Origin: Candidatus Binatia bacterium
GTDB lineage: Bacteria > Desulfobacterota > Binatia > UBA9968 > CAXXLF01
Direction of reading: 5' to 3'
DNA: 64,000 nucleotides
NCBI GenBank assembly: GCA_963664015.2
Contig: CAXXLF010000001.1
Location: forward strand, 672,001 to 736,000
In this document: positions 1 through 8,835 of the stretch, in pieces
How positions within the stretch are numbered: position 1 is the stretch's first letter
Layout of the letters: each line of letters starts with the position of its first letter
Translations under genes and position numbers: made by a program
The notes under the pieces: generated by a model
Databases searched by the model: none
Seen by the model: only the letters and a program-made list of their open reading frames with translations
Told to the model about the DNA's origin: nothing

Positions 1-1134
1 CTCAAAGAGGCTGGGGCCGTCATTGTGGGTAAGACCAATATGGATGAGTTCGCCATGGGCTCCTCCAACGAAAATTCCACCTTTGGGATCACCCGCAATC
101 CCTGGGAACTGGACTACGTCCCCGGTGGTTCTTCCGGCGGGTCGGCAGCGGCCGTGGCCGCCGACGAGTGCATCGCATCCCTGGGGACCGATACCGGTGG
201 ATCCATTCGCCAACCCGCCGCCTGCTGCGGCATCGTCGGACTCAAACCCACCTACGGACGTATCAGCCGCTACGGCATTATTGCCTATGCCTCGTCTCTG
301 GATCAGGTGGGGCCCATGACCAAAGATGTCACCGACTGTGCCCTGATGTTGGAGACAGTTGCCGGCTTTGATCCGGCGGATTCCACCTCGCTGAACGCCC
401 CTGTCCCTTCCTTTGGCTCGGAGCTTAAAAAAAAGGTGAAGGGCCTGCGTGTGGGAATCCCGAAGGAATACTTCATCCCCGGAACCCAGCCGGAGGTGGA
501 AAATGCCATTCGGGAAGGAATCCAGGTCCTTAAAAAGAGCGACGTTGAGATCCAAGAGATCTCCCTTCCCCATACGGAATATGCCACGGCTGTTTACTAT
601 ATTATCGCCACGGCCGAGGCGAGTTCGAACCTGGCGCGCTACGATGGAATGAAGTACGGATTGCGCGCCGAGGCCAAGAACCTGACCCAAACCTATATGG
701 AAAGCCGGGAGGCCGGTTTTGGGGCAGAGGTGAAGAGACGCATCATGCTGGGAACCTACGTCCTGTGCTCGGGTTACTACGACGCCTACTACCTCAAGGC
801 ACAGAAAGTCAGAAACTTGATCATGGGTGACTTTACCGAGGCGTTTAAGAATTGTGACGTGATCGTGACTCCAACGGCGCCAACCACGGCCTTCAAGATC
901 GGCGAGAAGATCGAGGACCCTCTCCAGATGTATCTCTCGGACATCTTTACCATTCCGACGAACCTGGCGGGCCTTCCCGGTCTCTCCATTCCCTGTGGTT
1001 TTGACTCCAAAGGACTACCCATTGGACTCCAGATCATCGGTAAACCCCTGGACGAGGCCACAATCCTCCGTGTCGCCTACGCCTTTGAGCAGGCCACGGA
1101 CTGGCACACAAAGAAACCCACCTTAAGAACCTAA
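1..1134 (+). CDS. gatA: Asp-tRNA(Asn)/Glu-tRNA(Gln) amidotransferase subunit A (5' end outside window)
   Basis: [43 protein letters not shown] and EVKRRIMLG motifs; frame open from base 1; gatB downstream. Confidence 0.97.
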   Translation, partial: LKEAGAVIVGKTNMDEFAMGSSNENSTFGITRNPWELDYVPGGSSGGSAAAVAADECIASLGTDTGGSIRQPAACCGIVGLKPTYGRISRYGIIAYASSLDQVGPMTKDVTDCALMLETVAGFDPADSTSLNAPVPSFGSELKKKVKGLRVGIPKEYFIPGTQPEVENAIREGIQVLKKSDVEIQEISLPHTEYATAVYYIIATAEASSNLARYDGMKYGLRAEAKNLTQTYMESREAGFGAEVKRRIMLGTYVLCSGYYDAYYLKAQKVRNLIMGDFTEAFKNCDVIVTPTAPTTAFKIGEKIEDPLQMYLSDIFTIPTNLAGLPGLSIPCGFDSKGLPIGLQIIGKPLDEATILRVAYAFEQATDWHTKKPTLRT

Positions 1135-1402
1135 CCCGTTTGTTTCTGACTTTTTCGATAACCCGCAATGATCAGGCACCAGAGACTTCTCTAATTAATG
1201 AGTGGAAAACGGCTCCAACTCAGAACAACAGCGAACTAACGGGAGCACAGTTAGCCCTAAGCCTTTTATTTAGTTAGAGAATCGCTTCAGGAACAGTTGA
1301 CACAAGATCAGATCTAGCCTAAAAGAAACCTTGGCCTTTTTGGGCCAGACCATCCAATTGGGTGGGAAGCACGACCGACGAAGGATCAAAAGGAGATCAT
1401 AT

Positions 1403-2500
1403 ATGATGAGTTACTTACGATTACTCCCTGCGTTTCTATTGGCAGTCTTAGTTTCCGTAATGGGACCCAGCATCGCCTCCGGGTTGGACGCCGAGTCCCA
1501 TTTCAAGGGGAAGACCATCCGATTCGTTACCGGTTCCCGGCCCGGCGGAGGCACGGATATCCTGCTCCGCTATTTTGCAGGAAACTGGGGAAAGTTCTTT
1601 CCGGGGAACCCCCGCTTCGTTGTCACCAACCTCCCCCCCCACGTACACGGGCTGAACTACGTATGGCGATCCAAGCCAAACGGGATGACCGTGTTCATGC
1701 ACTCCACAGCTGTCCTGAGGGAACAGGTTCTAAGCCAGGCTGAATTCAAGACCAGCCAGTTCAAGTTCATCGGAGACATCGGAGACCGAAGCTTTGTGAT
1801 GACCGGCTACAATTTGCCCATCAACAACATCAAAGAAGCCATGGGCAAAAAGGGGCCAAAACTCAAATACCTGGACGTCATCCCCAGCCCTGACGACATG
1901 GCCACTCAGGCGTTTCAGTTAATGCTGCTTGCCGATTGGCTGGACCTCCCCATGGAGTTTGGCGTCATCGCAGAGCGAGGCACCTCCGTTACGTTGCTCG
2001 AGATGGAGCGGGGAAATATGAACGTGATGGTCGGCGGTTCCGGGCGGTGGTTCGGCTTTCCCAAACTTCGACCCGGCTGGATCGCGAAAGGTAGGCTGAA
2101 GCCATTATTGGACATGACCTTCCTCGGCCAGAGAATGGGAGCCAATGCAGAATTTAAAGACGTCGACAAGGTGCCTCATGTCTACAGTCTGCTCAACAAG
2201 AAGCAGAAGGAGATTTGGGCGGCAATGATCGAGGCCACCCAGGCCATGAACAAGCCCGTGGTGCTATCGCCTAAGACACCGGACAATATCGTCAACGTAT
2301 ATCGTTCAGCCCTTGAGAAAGCGATGGCGGACGACAAGTTCCGCACAGGGATAGAAAAGGTCTCTGGTATTCCCGCCGTTTGGGTAAAAGGACCTCAGGC
2401 CCATAAGGAAGCCCAGGAAGCTGAACGGCTCTGGACCGCATACCGGAAACCAGAAGCAAAACTGCGTCGCGACATGTACAACAAATACATTCGCAAGTAG
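1403..2500 (+). CDS. Tripartite tricarboxylate transporter substrate-binding protein (TctC/Bug-like)
   Basis: Signal peptide, FKGKTIRFVTGSRPGGGTD N-terminal motif, AGGAG RBS before ATG 1403, TctA gene adjacent. Confidence 0.8.
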   Translation: MMSYLRLLPAFLLAVLVSVMGPSIASGLDAESHFKGKTIRFVTGSRPGGGTDILLRYFAGNWGKFFPGNPRFVVTNLPPHVHGLNYVWRSKPNGMTVFMHSTAVLREQVLSQAEFKTSQFKFIGDIGDRSFVMTGYNLPINNIKEAMGKKGPKLKYLDVIPSPDDMATQAFQLMLLADWLDLPMEFGVIAERGTSVTLLEMERGNMNVMVGGSGRWFGFPKLRPGWIAKGRLKPLLDMTFLGQRMGANAEFKDVDKVPHVYSLLNKKQKEIWAAMIEATQAMNKPVVLSPKTPDNIVNVYRSALEKAMADDKFRTGIEKVSGIPAVWVKGPQAHKEAQEAERLWTAYRKPEAKLRRDMYNKYIRK

Positions 2501-2583
2501 GTCACTTCCACCGCCACGACCGGTCGATCCCACCATAGAAACTGGGATGGACCGGCCCCTCGGCGGCGCGAGGGTTTCACCTA

Positions 2584-4620
2584 ATGGAAGCCATCCTCCA
2601 AGCCTCAGCTTATCTCGGCACCCTTATCTACTGGGAGGCGTTGTTCGCGGGCGTCTTCCTCTCCATCGCCATCGGTCTCGTGCCAGGGGTGGGCTCCCTC
2701 CTGGTCATGTCCATCCTCCTGCCCTTCATCGTTTTTAATATTCAGGACCCGGCCGTCGCTCTGGTCATGCTGGCGGCTATCGCTGGGACCAACAACACCC
2801 TGGATTCGATACCGGCCGTGGTAGTCGGTGTCCCGAGCGGCGCCACGCAGGTAACCTTCCTCGAAGGACACCAACTCGCCAGACAGGGTAAGGCCGCCCA
2901 TACCCTGGGCGCAATTTACGCCGTTTCTGCAATCGGTGGGGTCGTGGGCGCGGTCTGCCTGGCCATAATCATCCCGATCATCAAACCCTTTATTTTGAGC
3001 ATCGACCGCAGTGAGATCGCGGTCATCGCCATGTTCGGCGTGGCCATGGTCGCGGTCCTGAGTCGCGGCGCCATGATCAAGGGAATCGCCGCCGGCCTCC
3101 TTGGCGTCCTGATTGCAACCGCCGGCGTCGACCCGTTTACCGGTGCGAGACGGTTTACATTTGGCCAGATTGAGCTCTGGGAGGGGCTTCCATTGGTTGC
3201 AGTGGTCACGGGGATCTTCGCCATCCCCGAACTGATCGACCTCACCATGACCCGTAGCCCAGTAGCTCCCGCAGGAGCGATCATATCGCGGTCGGAAATG
3301 TTCCGCGGTGCCCTTTACGGGTTGAAGCACTGGAAGGAGACCATCCGGCAATCGGTGCTCGGTGTTTTTCTGGGGGCCATTCCGGGCGTCGGCAGCGGTG
3401 TCATCGATTGGCTGAGCTATGCGTTTGGCATTCTCTGCCGCAAGGACCGCAGTGAGTTTGGTAAAGGTTCCTTGGACGGCGTCCTGTTCGCCGAGGCGGC
3501 GCAGAACTCAAAAGAAGGAGGGCAGGCCCTGCCTACCCTGGCGCTAGGAATACCCGGGGGGACGGGTTGGGTCATGGTCCTCGCCGCTATGTTGATGTAC
3601 GGGATAAGCCCCGGGCCTCCCATGCTTGGGCAGCACGCTCACCTCACCATGATCATTGTACTCACGCTGGCCATTGGCAACCTTCTGGTTACGGCAATCG
3701 GCCTGTTCGCTTCGGCACCACTGATTCGGCTCACGGCCCTTCCCTATCCCGCGATTTCAGCCGTCGTCATCCCTCTCGTCATCCTGGCAGCCTTTTTAGA
3801 TATGCGGAGCTGGTTTGCTATTCCGATCCTCGTCATTTTTTCCATCGTCGGCCTTCTCATGAAGCACTTCGGGTGGCCCAGGCCGCCGCTCATTCTGGGA
3901 TTCATCCTGGGTCCAATCATCGATATAAACATGCAAACGGCCCTTTCCATATACGGAGTGGTAGGGGTAATAACGCGGCCTTTAACCATAGCCCTACTCG
4001 TACTACTCGTGATAACCGTAGTCTTCTTTACACGCTTCATGGCGCAAGCGGAGAAGAGCAGCACGTCTGCAGAAGACACGAATCAGGCCAAGCCTTCGAC
4101 CGATACGGCAACGCCGCAGGTGACGGTCCGGCGATTCACCTGGCATGCGGCCAACGTCGTTCCACTTCTACTCATTGGCGGGATGATCGTCAGCGCCTGG
4201 GTGTCTCTCGAATACCCAGTCAAAGCTCGCGCACTTCCCCTCACTCTCAGTGTGGGTATCATCGCTCTCGCGGTGATAGAACTACTCAGACAGTGGTTCG
4301 CCGTCCAGACCAACTCAGGCCAGATCATGGATCTTGGGATGCGAAGCACTGGCATGGAGGGTGCGACCCGGGCGGCCCTTTTGCTGGGCGAACTCGGGAT
4401 CTTTTTCCTATTTCTGGCAACGACCATCCGCCTGGACAATGCGGCGATCGCCTTCGCCGTCCTGCTACCCCTGCTGTTACTTGAGGGACGCCGTCGGTGG
4501 TATACTGCTATGATTACGGGTAGTATCTTGGCAGCATGGACCTACGGATTCATGGACTACTTCATGGCAGTCATCTGGCCGGAGCCTGTCCTCAGCCTAT
4601 GGTTGCTCGGTCGCCTCTGA
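2584..4620 (+). CDS. TctA large permease with a C-terminal TctB-like extension
   Basis: GLVPGVG, GAIPGVG, AEAAQNSKEGG..PTLALGIPG and GWPRPPLILGFILGP motifs; an extra ~170 aa hydrophobic C-terminal module (YPVKARALP...IWP). Confidence 0.88.
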   Translation: MEAILQASAYLGTLIYWEALFAGVFLSIAIGLVPGVGSLLVMSILLPFIVFNIQDPAVALVMLAAIAGTNNTLDSIPAVVVGVPSGATQVTFLEGHQLARQGKAAHTLGAIYAVSAIGGVVGAVCLAIIIPIIKPFILSIDRSEIAVIAMFGVAMVAVLSRGAMIKGIAAGLLGVLIATAGVDPFTGARRFTFGQIELWEGLPLVAVVTGIFAIPELIDLTMTRSPVAPAGAIISRSEMFRGALYGLKHWKETIRQSVLGVFLGAIPGVGSGVIDWLSYAFGILCRKDRSEFGKGSLDGVLFAEAAQNSKEGGQALPTLALGIPGGTGWVMVLAAMLMYGISPGPPMLGQHAHLTMIIVLTLAIGNLLVTAIGLFASAPLIRLTALPYPAISAVVIPLVILAAFLDMRSWFAIPILVIFSIVGLLMKHFGWPRPPLILGFILGPIIDINMQTALSIYGVVGVITRPLTIALLVLLVITVVFFTRFMAQAEKSSTSAEDTNQAKPSTDTATPQVTVRRFTWHAANVVPLLLIGGMIVSAWVSLEYPVKARALPLTLSVGIIALAVIELLRQWFAVQTNSGQIMDLGMRSTGMEGATRAALLLGELGIFFLFLATTIRLDNAAIAFAVLLPLLLLEGRRRWYTAMITGSILAAWTYGFMDYFMAVIWPEPVLSLWLLGRL

Positions 4621-4811
4621 AACACCTCCCCCCTTTCCCTTTAAGGTTCCACAAGCTGGGGTATCTTTTGAGCCGTAAACCCATTGTGATCTTGAGACAT
4701 CCCCAGGGGTCCTGACTTTTCCGGAATCGGCGCTCTCCACAATCACCTAACTAACCATCAAAGATATAGACATTGCGCTGTCAGCCGCTTCCTGATATTT
4801 TCCTAAGAAAT

Positions 4812-5585
4812 ATGCTTAAAACGAGTCTTAGCCTACTCTTCATAGGGATCCTTGTCCTCCTCGGCTCCGATGTCGGCGTAACCCAATCTAGGGACGAGTT
4901 GGAGGTGATCAAGAGGGAGGTCGAGGCACTCAAGAAAAACCAAGCAGCACTTCAAAAGGATCTAGACGCCATGAAAAATGCGGTGAGTCGGCGACGGCCT
5001 CCGAACACCTTTAAGCAGATGGTTCTCAACGTCGACGATGACCCGTTCAAAGGGGAAAAAAACGCGCCGCTCACCGTGGTTGATTTCTCCGACTACCAGT
5101 GACTCTACTGCGCCGGCCACGTCAGTGTGACGTTGCCCCAGATCAAACGAGATTACATCGACACGGGAAAGCTCAGATACGTCTTTCGTGACCTGCCCCT
5201 GGAGTCCATCCACAAGCAGGCCTTCAAGGCCCACGAGGCGGCCAATTGCGCCGGTGATCAGGGCCAGTATTGGGAAATGCACGATCAGCTCTTCGCTCAA
5301 CAACGCAAGCTTCGGCCCGCGGATCTCACTGTACAGGCCGAGACCTTGAGGTTGGAGATGAAGACCTTCCAACAGTGCCTGAACAGCAACAAATATGTGA
5401 CGGAAATCCAAAAGGACATCCAGGAGGCAGTCAAGGCGGGGATCCGGGGAACACCGACATTTTTGTTCGGATTTTCCGAGAGTAACCCATCCACAGTAAG
5501 GGCGGTGGAAATTCTCCGTGGTGCCCAGCCCTATGATCGCTTCAAGCAGGTAATCGAGAAACTACTCGCGTCCAAGAAACAATAG
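4812..5585 (+). CDS. DsbA/thioredoxin-fold oxidoreductase, probable selenoprotein (U-L-Y-C)
   Basis: ORFs 4773-5102 and 5127-5585 share one frame; TGA 5100-5102 reads FSDYQ-*-LYC, the first Cys of CxxC; cis-Pro motif GIRGTPTF; hairpin downstream. Confidence 0.85.
5115..5137 (+). promoter_or_regulatory. Candidate bacterial SECIS hairpin
   Basis: GGC-C-ACGTCA-[GTG]-TGACGT-T-GCC; apical loop starts with G, 22 nt after the TGA. Confidence 0.7.
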
Positions 5586-5590
5586 CGGCC

Positions 5591-7036
5591 ATGACCTACG
5601 AACCCATGATTGGGCTGGAAGTCCACGCCCAACTTCTTACCGAATCAAAGATATTCTGCGGCTGCACCACTCGCTTCGGAGAGAAACCCAATCAGAATAC
5701 CTGCCCGGTCTGCATGGGCTTTCCCGGCGTACTGCCGGTGCTTAACAAGAAGGTAGTGGAATTCACCATCCGCGCAGGACTCGCCACCCATTGCGAGATT
5801 GCCCACACCAGTCGCTGGGCCAGAAAAAACTATTTTTACCCGGACCTACCCAAGGGCTACCAGATCAGCCAGTATGAACTTCCCCTTTGCACCAATGGAT
5901 ACATCGACATCGGAACGAACGGCGATGGGAAAAGGGTCCGACTAACACGTATTCACATGGAAGAGGATGCGGGGAAGAATATTCACGATCAGCGGAGCGA
6001 CCACAGCCTGGTTGACCTCAACCGGGCCGGCGTACCCCTCATGGAAATCGTTAGCGAACCGGACATCACCAGCGCCGAGGAGGCGGGGCGCTACCTCAGG
6101 AGCCTGAGAGCGATCCTGCAATACCTCGAGGTATGTGACGGGAATATGGAGGAGGGAAGCTTCCGATGCGATGCCAACGTCTCCATTCGACCTAACGGGA
6201 CGAAGGAGTGGGGAACCAGGGCCGAAGTGAAGAATATGAACTCCTTCAAGGCCGTAGAAAAGGCCCTCGACTATGAAATCGCCCGGCAAGAGCAACTGCT
6301 CTCCGAAGGCGGACGCGTCGTGCAAGAAACCCGACTCTGGGACGCCGACCACGAGGTAACCCGTTCCATGCGCTCCAAAGAGCACGCCCACGATTATCGT
6401 TACTTCCCCGATCCGGACCTGCTCCCGTTGGTCGTTGACAACGCGTGGATCCAGGAGATTCGGGACCACACACCGGAGCTTCCGGAAACGCGAAAGAAGC
6501 GTTTTATAGCAGACTATGAACTCCCGACTTATGACGCGGAGCTTCTGACCAGCCGCAAAGATATAGCCAACTATTTCGAGGCCGCCGTCAAAGCCCACGG
6601 GAACCCCAAGGCCATCAGTAACTGGGTCATGGGAGACCTATTCCGCGTCATCAAGGAAAGGAAACTGGACGAAAGCCTTTGTATCACCGATTGGCCGGTG
6701 CAGCCGGAGCATATCGCCGAGATGGTTCGGCTGATCGATCAGGGCAAGATCAGCGGCAAGATCGCCAAGACTCTGTTTCAGGAAATGCTCGATAAAGAGG
6801 TGTCTCCCGAGCAGCTAGTCAAAGAAAAAGGCCTGGAGCAGGATTCGGATTCGAGCAATATTGAGAAAGAGATCGAGAGCGTACTGGCTGCGCACGCGCA
6901 ACAGGTTACCGATTACCGGTCAGGAAAAGACAAGGTCTTCGGATTTTTCGTGGGCCAGGTGATGAAAGCAACCAAGGGCAAGGCCAATCCCCAATTGGTC
7001 AACGAGATCTTGCGGAGAAAACTCGAGGTTCGATGA
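5591..7036 (+). CDS. gatB: Asp-tRNA(Asn)/Glu-tRNA(Gln) amidotransferase subunit B
   Basis: [43 protein letters not shown] motifs. Confidence 0.98.
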   Translation: MTYEPMIGLEVHAQLLTESKIFCGCTTRFGEKPNQNTCPVCMGFPGVLPVLNKKVVEFTIRAGLATHCEIAHTSRWARKNYFYPDLPKGYQISQYELPLCTNGYIDIGTNGDGKRVRLTRIHMEEDAGKNIHDQRSDHSLVDLNRAGVPLMEIVSEPDITSAEEAGRYLRSLRAILQYLEVCDGNMEEGSFRCDANVSIRPNGTKEWGTRAEVKNMNSFKAVEKALDYEIARQEQLLSEGGRVVQETRLWDADHEVTRSMRSKEHAHDYRYFPDPDLLPLVVDNAWIQEIRDHTPELPETRKKRFIADYELPTYDAELLTSRKDIANYFEAAVKAHGNPKAISNWVMGDLFRVIKERKLDESLCITDWPVQPEHIAEMVRLIDQGKISGKIAKTLFQEMLDKEVSPEQLVKEKGLEQDSDSSNIEKEIESVLAAHAQQVTDYRSGKDKVFGFFVGQVMKATKGKANPQLVNEILRRKLEVR

Positions 7037-7055
7037 TTGAGGATGGATGATGGCA
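7021..7055 (+). repeat. 7-nt tandem repeats, left arm flanking the four-helix-bundle gene
   Basis: actcgag gttcgat gattgag gatggat gatggca. Confidence 0.6.
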
Positions 7056-7439
7056 ATTTTACAGACCTTTCGAGATCTCGAGATATATCAGCTTACTCGC
7101 GAACAGGTGAAGACAATTTTTGCAGTAACTCAGTCGTTCCCAAACGAAGAAAAGCACCTCCTGACGGATCAAATTCGTCGCTCATCTCGCGCGGTCAATG
7201 CAATGATTGCGGAGGCATGGGCAAGGAGAAGGTATCAAAAAGCATTTATAAACAAGATCGACGAGGCATTGGGTGAGGCAATCGAAACTCAGGCTTGGTT
7301 AGATCATGCGTTGGACTGCAGGTACATCGAAACCAGGCAGCACGACGAATTGAATGAGGCATGGCAGCATATTGGCGCAATGCTTAACAGAATGATTCAG
7401 CGCGCAAAAGATTTTTGCAAATCTGCAGCCAGACAGTAA
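7047..7439 (+). CDS. Four helix bundle protein (TIGR02436 / '23S rRNA IVS protein' family)
   Basis: FRDLEIYQ...FPNEEKHLLTDQIRRSSRAV..MIAEAW..RRY...F...A.GEA.ETQAWL pattern. Confidence 0.92.
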   Translation: MMAILQTFRDLEIYQLTREQVKTIFAVTQSFPNEEKHLLTDQIRRSSRAVNAMIAEAWARRRYQKAFINKIDEALGEAIETQAWLDHALDCRYIETRQHDELNEAWQHIGAMLNRMIQRAKDFCKSAARQ

Positions 7440-7452
7440 TTGAACTCCGGCA

Positions 7453-7487
7453 TTCGATCTTCTATCTTCCATTTTCGATATTCAATC
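7453..7487 (-). repeat. 7-nt tandem repeats, right (inverted) arm flanking the four-helix-bundle gene
   Basis: ttcgatc ttctatc ttccatt ttcgata ttcaatc; reverse complement resembles the left arm. Confidence 0.65.
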
Positions 7488-7489
7488 TG

Positions 7490-8674
7490 CTACGTATGAT
7501 ACGCCGAGTTAATGCGAACGTAGTCGAAGGTCAGGTCGGAGGTCCATACGGAGGCTGATTGTTTTCCCAGCCCCAGGTCTATCCGTACCTGGAAAGCTCG
7601 GCGGCGCATGACACGGGCCGCCTGACCCTGACCTTTGCCCAGAGCAACTCCTTTGCTTACCACCTTTACCCCACCCAACGAGACGGCGACCCTGTCTGGA
7701 TCGACCGCAACCCCCGCGTAACCGATGGCGGCCATAATACGGCCAAAGTTGGGATCCTCACCAAAGAAAGCGGTCTTGACTAGGTTCGAATTCGCCACCG
7801 CAAATGCCACTCTCTTGGCATCGGCGACCGAACGGGCACGTTGAACTAGGATCTCGACAACCTTGGTTCCCCCTTCAGCATCTTCCACCAGCTTAACGGC
7901 CAGCTTCTTCATGACCTTGAGGACGGTTTGTTCCAGGCTCCGTTCATCGGTACTATTTCGCTGAACCGTTCGATTACCCGCATGACCGTTGGCAAGGAAT
8001 AAAATCGTATCATTGGTGCTCATATCGCCGTCAACGGTAACCGAGTGAAAAGTTTTATCGGCGGATCGGGCCAATATGCCTCTGAGGGAAGAGGTCGATA
8101 CGGCCGCGTTGGTGACAACGTAGGCCAACATGGTTGCCATGTGAGGCGCAATCATTCCCGCCCCTTTTGCCATCCCTGCGACCATGACTTGCTTTCCTCC
8201 CACCCGGCAAACCTCCATGGCAGTCTTGGAGAAACGGTCGGTGGTCAGGATCGCTTCCGCTGCCAGGGCGAAGGATTGAGGAGACAGAAGGCCAGCGGCA
8301 CTCTCGATTCCCCTGAGCACGTTGTCCATGGGCAGCGGTTGCCCGATAACACCCGTCGAGGAAGGGAGAATTTTTTTTGGATCGACTCCCAAACAAGAGC
8401 CCAGCTTGAGGCACATGGCCTCCGCATCCCGCATCCCTCGACGGCCCGTGCACGCGTTAGCGTTGCCGCTGTTGACAACTACTGCCTGGATCTTTCCAGT
8501 CAGGATATTTTTCATACCTACGAGAACGGGAGCTGCCTTGACTCGGTTGGTAGTAAAAAGTGCGGCCGCGGTTGCCGGACGGTCTGAAACGATAAGGGCG
8601 AGGTCTTTTTTCCGGCTTTTCTTAACACCACAGGCTATGCCGGCAAAGCTAAATCCAGAAACCTTGATAATCAT
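7490..8674 (-). CDS. argJ: Glutamate N-acetyltransferase / amino-acid acetyltransferase ArgJ
   Basis: NSGNANACTG, STGVIG, KGAGMIAPHMATML, DGDMSTND, YVRINSAY motifs. Confidence 0.97.
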   Translation of the reverse strand: MIIKVSGFSFAGIACGVKKSRKKDLALIVSDRPATAAALFTTNRVKAAPVLVGMKNILTGKIQAVVVNSGNANACTGRRGMRDAEAMCLKLGSCLGVDPKKILPSSTGVIGQPLPMDNVLRGIESAAGLLSPQSFALAAEAILTTDRFSKTAMEVCRVGGKQVMVAGMAKGAGMIAPHMATMLAYVVTNAAVSTSSLRGILARSADKTFHSVTVDGDMSTNDTILFLANGHAGNRTVQRNSTDERSLEQTVLKVMKKLAVKLVEDAEGGTKVVEILVQRARSVADAKRVAFAVANSNLVKTAFFGEDPNFGRIMAAIGYAGVAVDPDRVAVSLGGVKVVSKGVALGKGQGQAARVMRRRAFQVRIDLGLGKQSASVWTSDLTFDYVRINSAYHT

Positions 8675-8835
8675 CGTTAATAGTTAATCGTCCATTCGCT
8701 TATTCGTCTACTCGTTCATACGTTGATTCGAACATCCATTTCTCGTTTAATTGCTTTCGCTTCGACTCCGATTCATCAATAATCGACAACGAGTAACGAT
8801 TAATTGTTACGAATAACCAATAACGATTAACGAGT
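8675..8835. repeat. Inverted pair of 7-nt tandem-repeat arms with no cargo gene (secA-argJ spacer)
   Basis: Left: atcgtta atagtta atcgtcc ...ctcgtt; right: aacgagt aacgatt ... aaccaat aacgatt aacgagt. Confidence 0.65.

Noticed and set aside
4746-4757. ctaactaacca shared with 24492-24502
   Set aside because: Only two 11-nt copies, one between convergent genes; compatible with chance
7047-7439. Four-helix-bundle gene as the Avd of a diversity-generating retroelement
   Set aside because: No reverse transcriptase or template/variable repeat pair in the window
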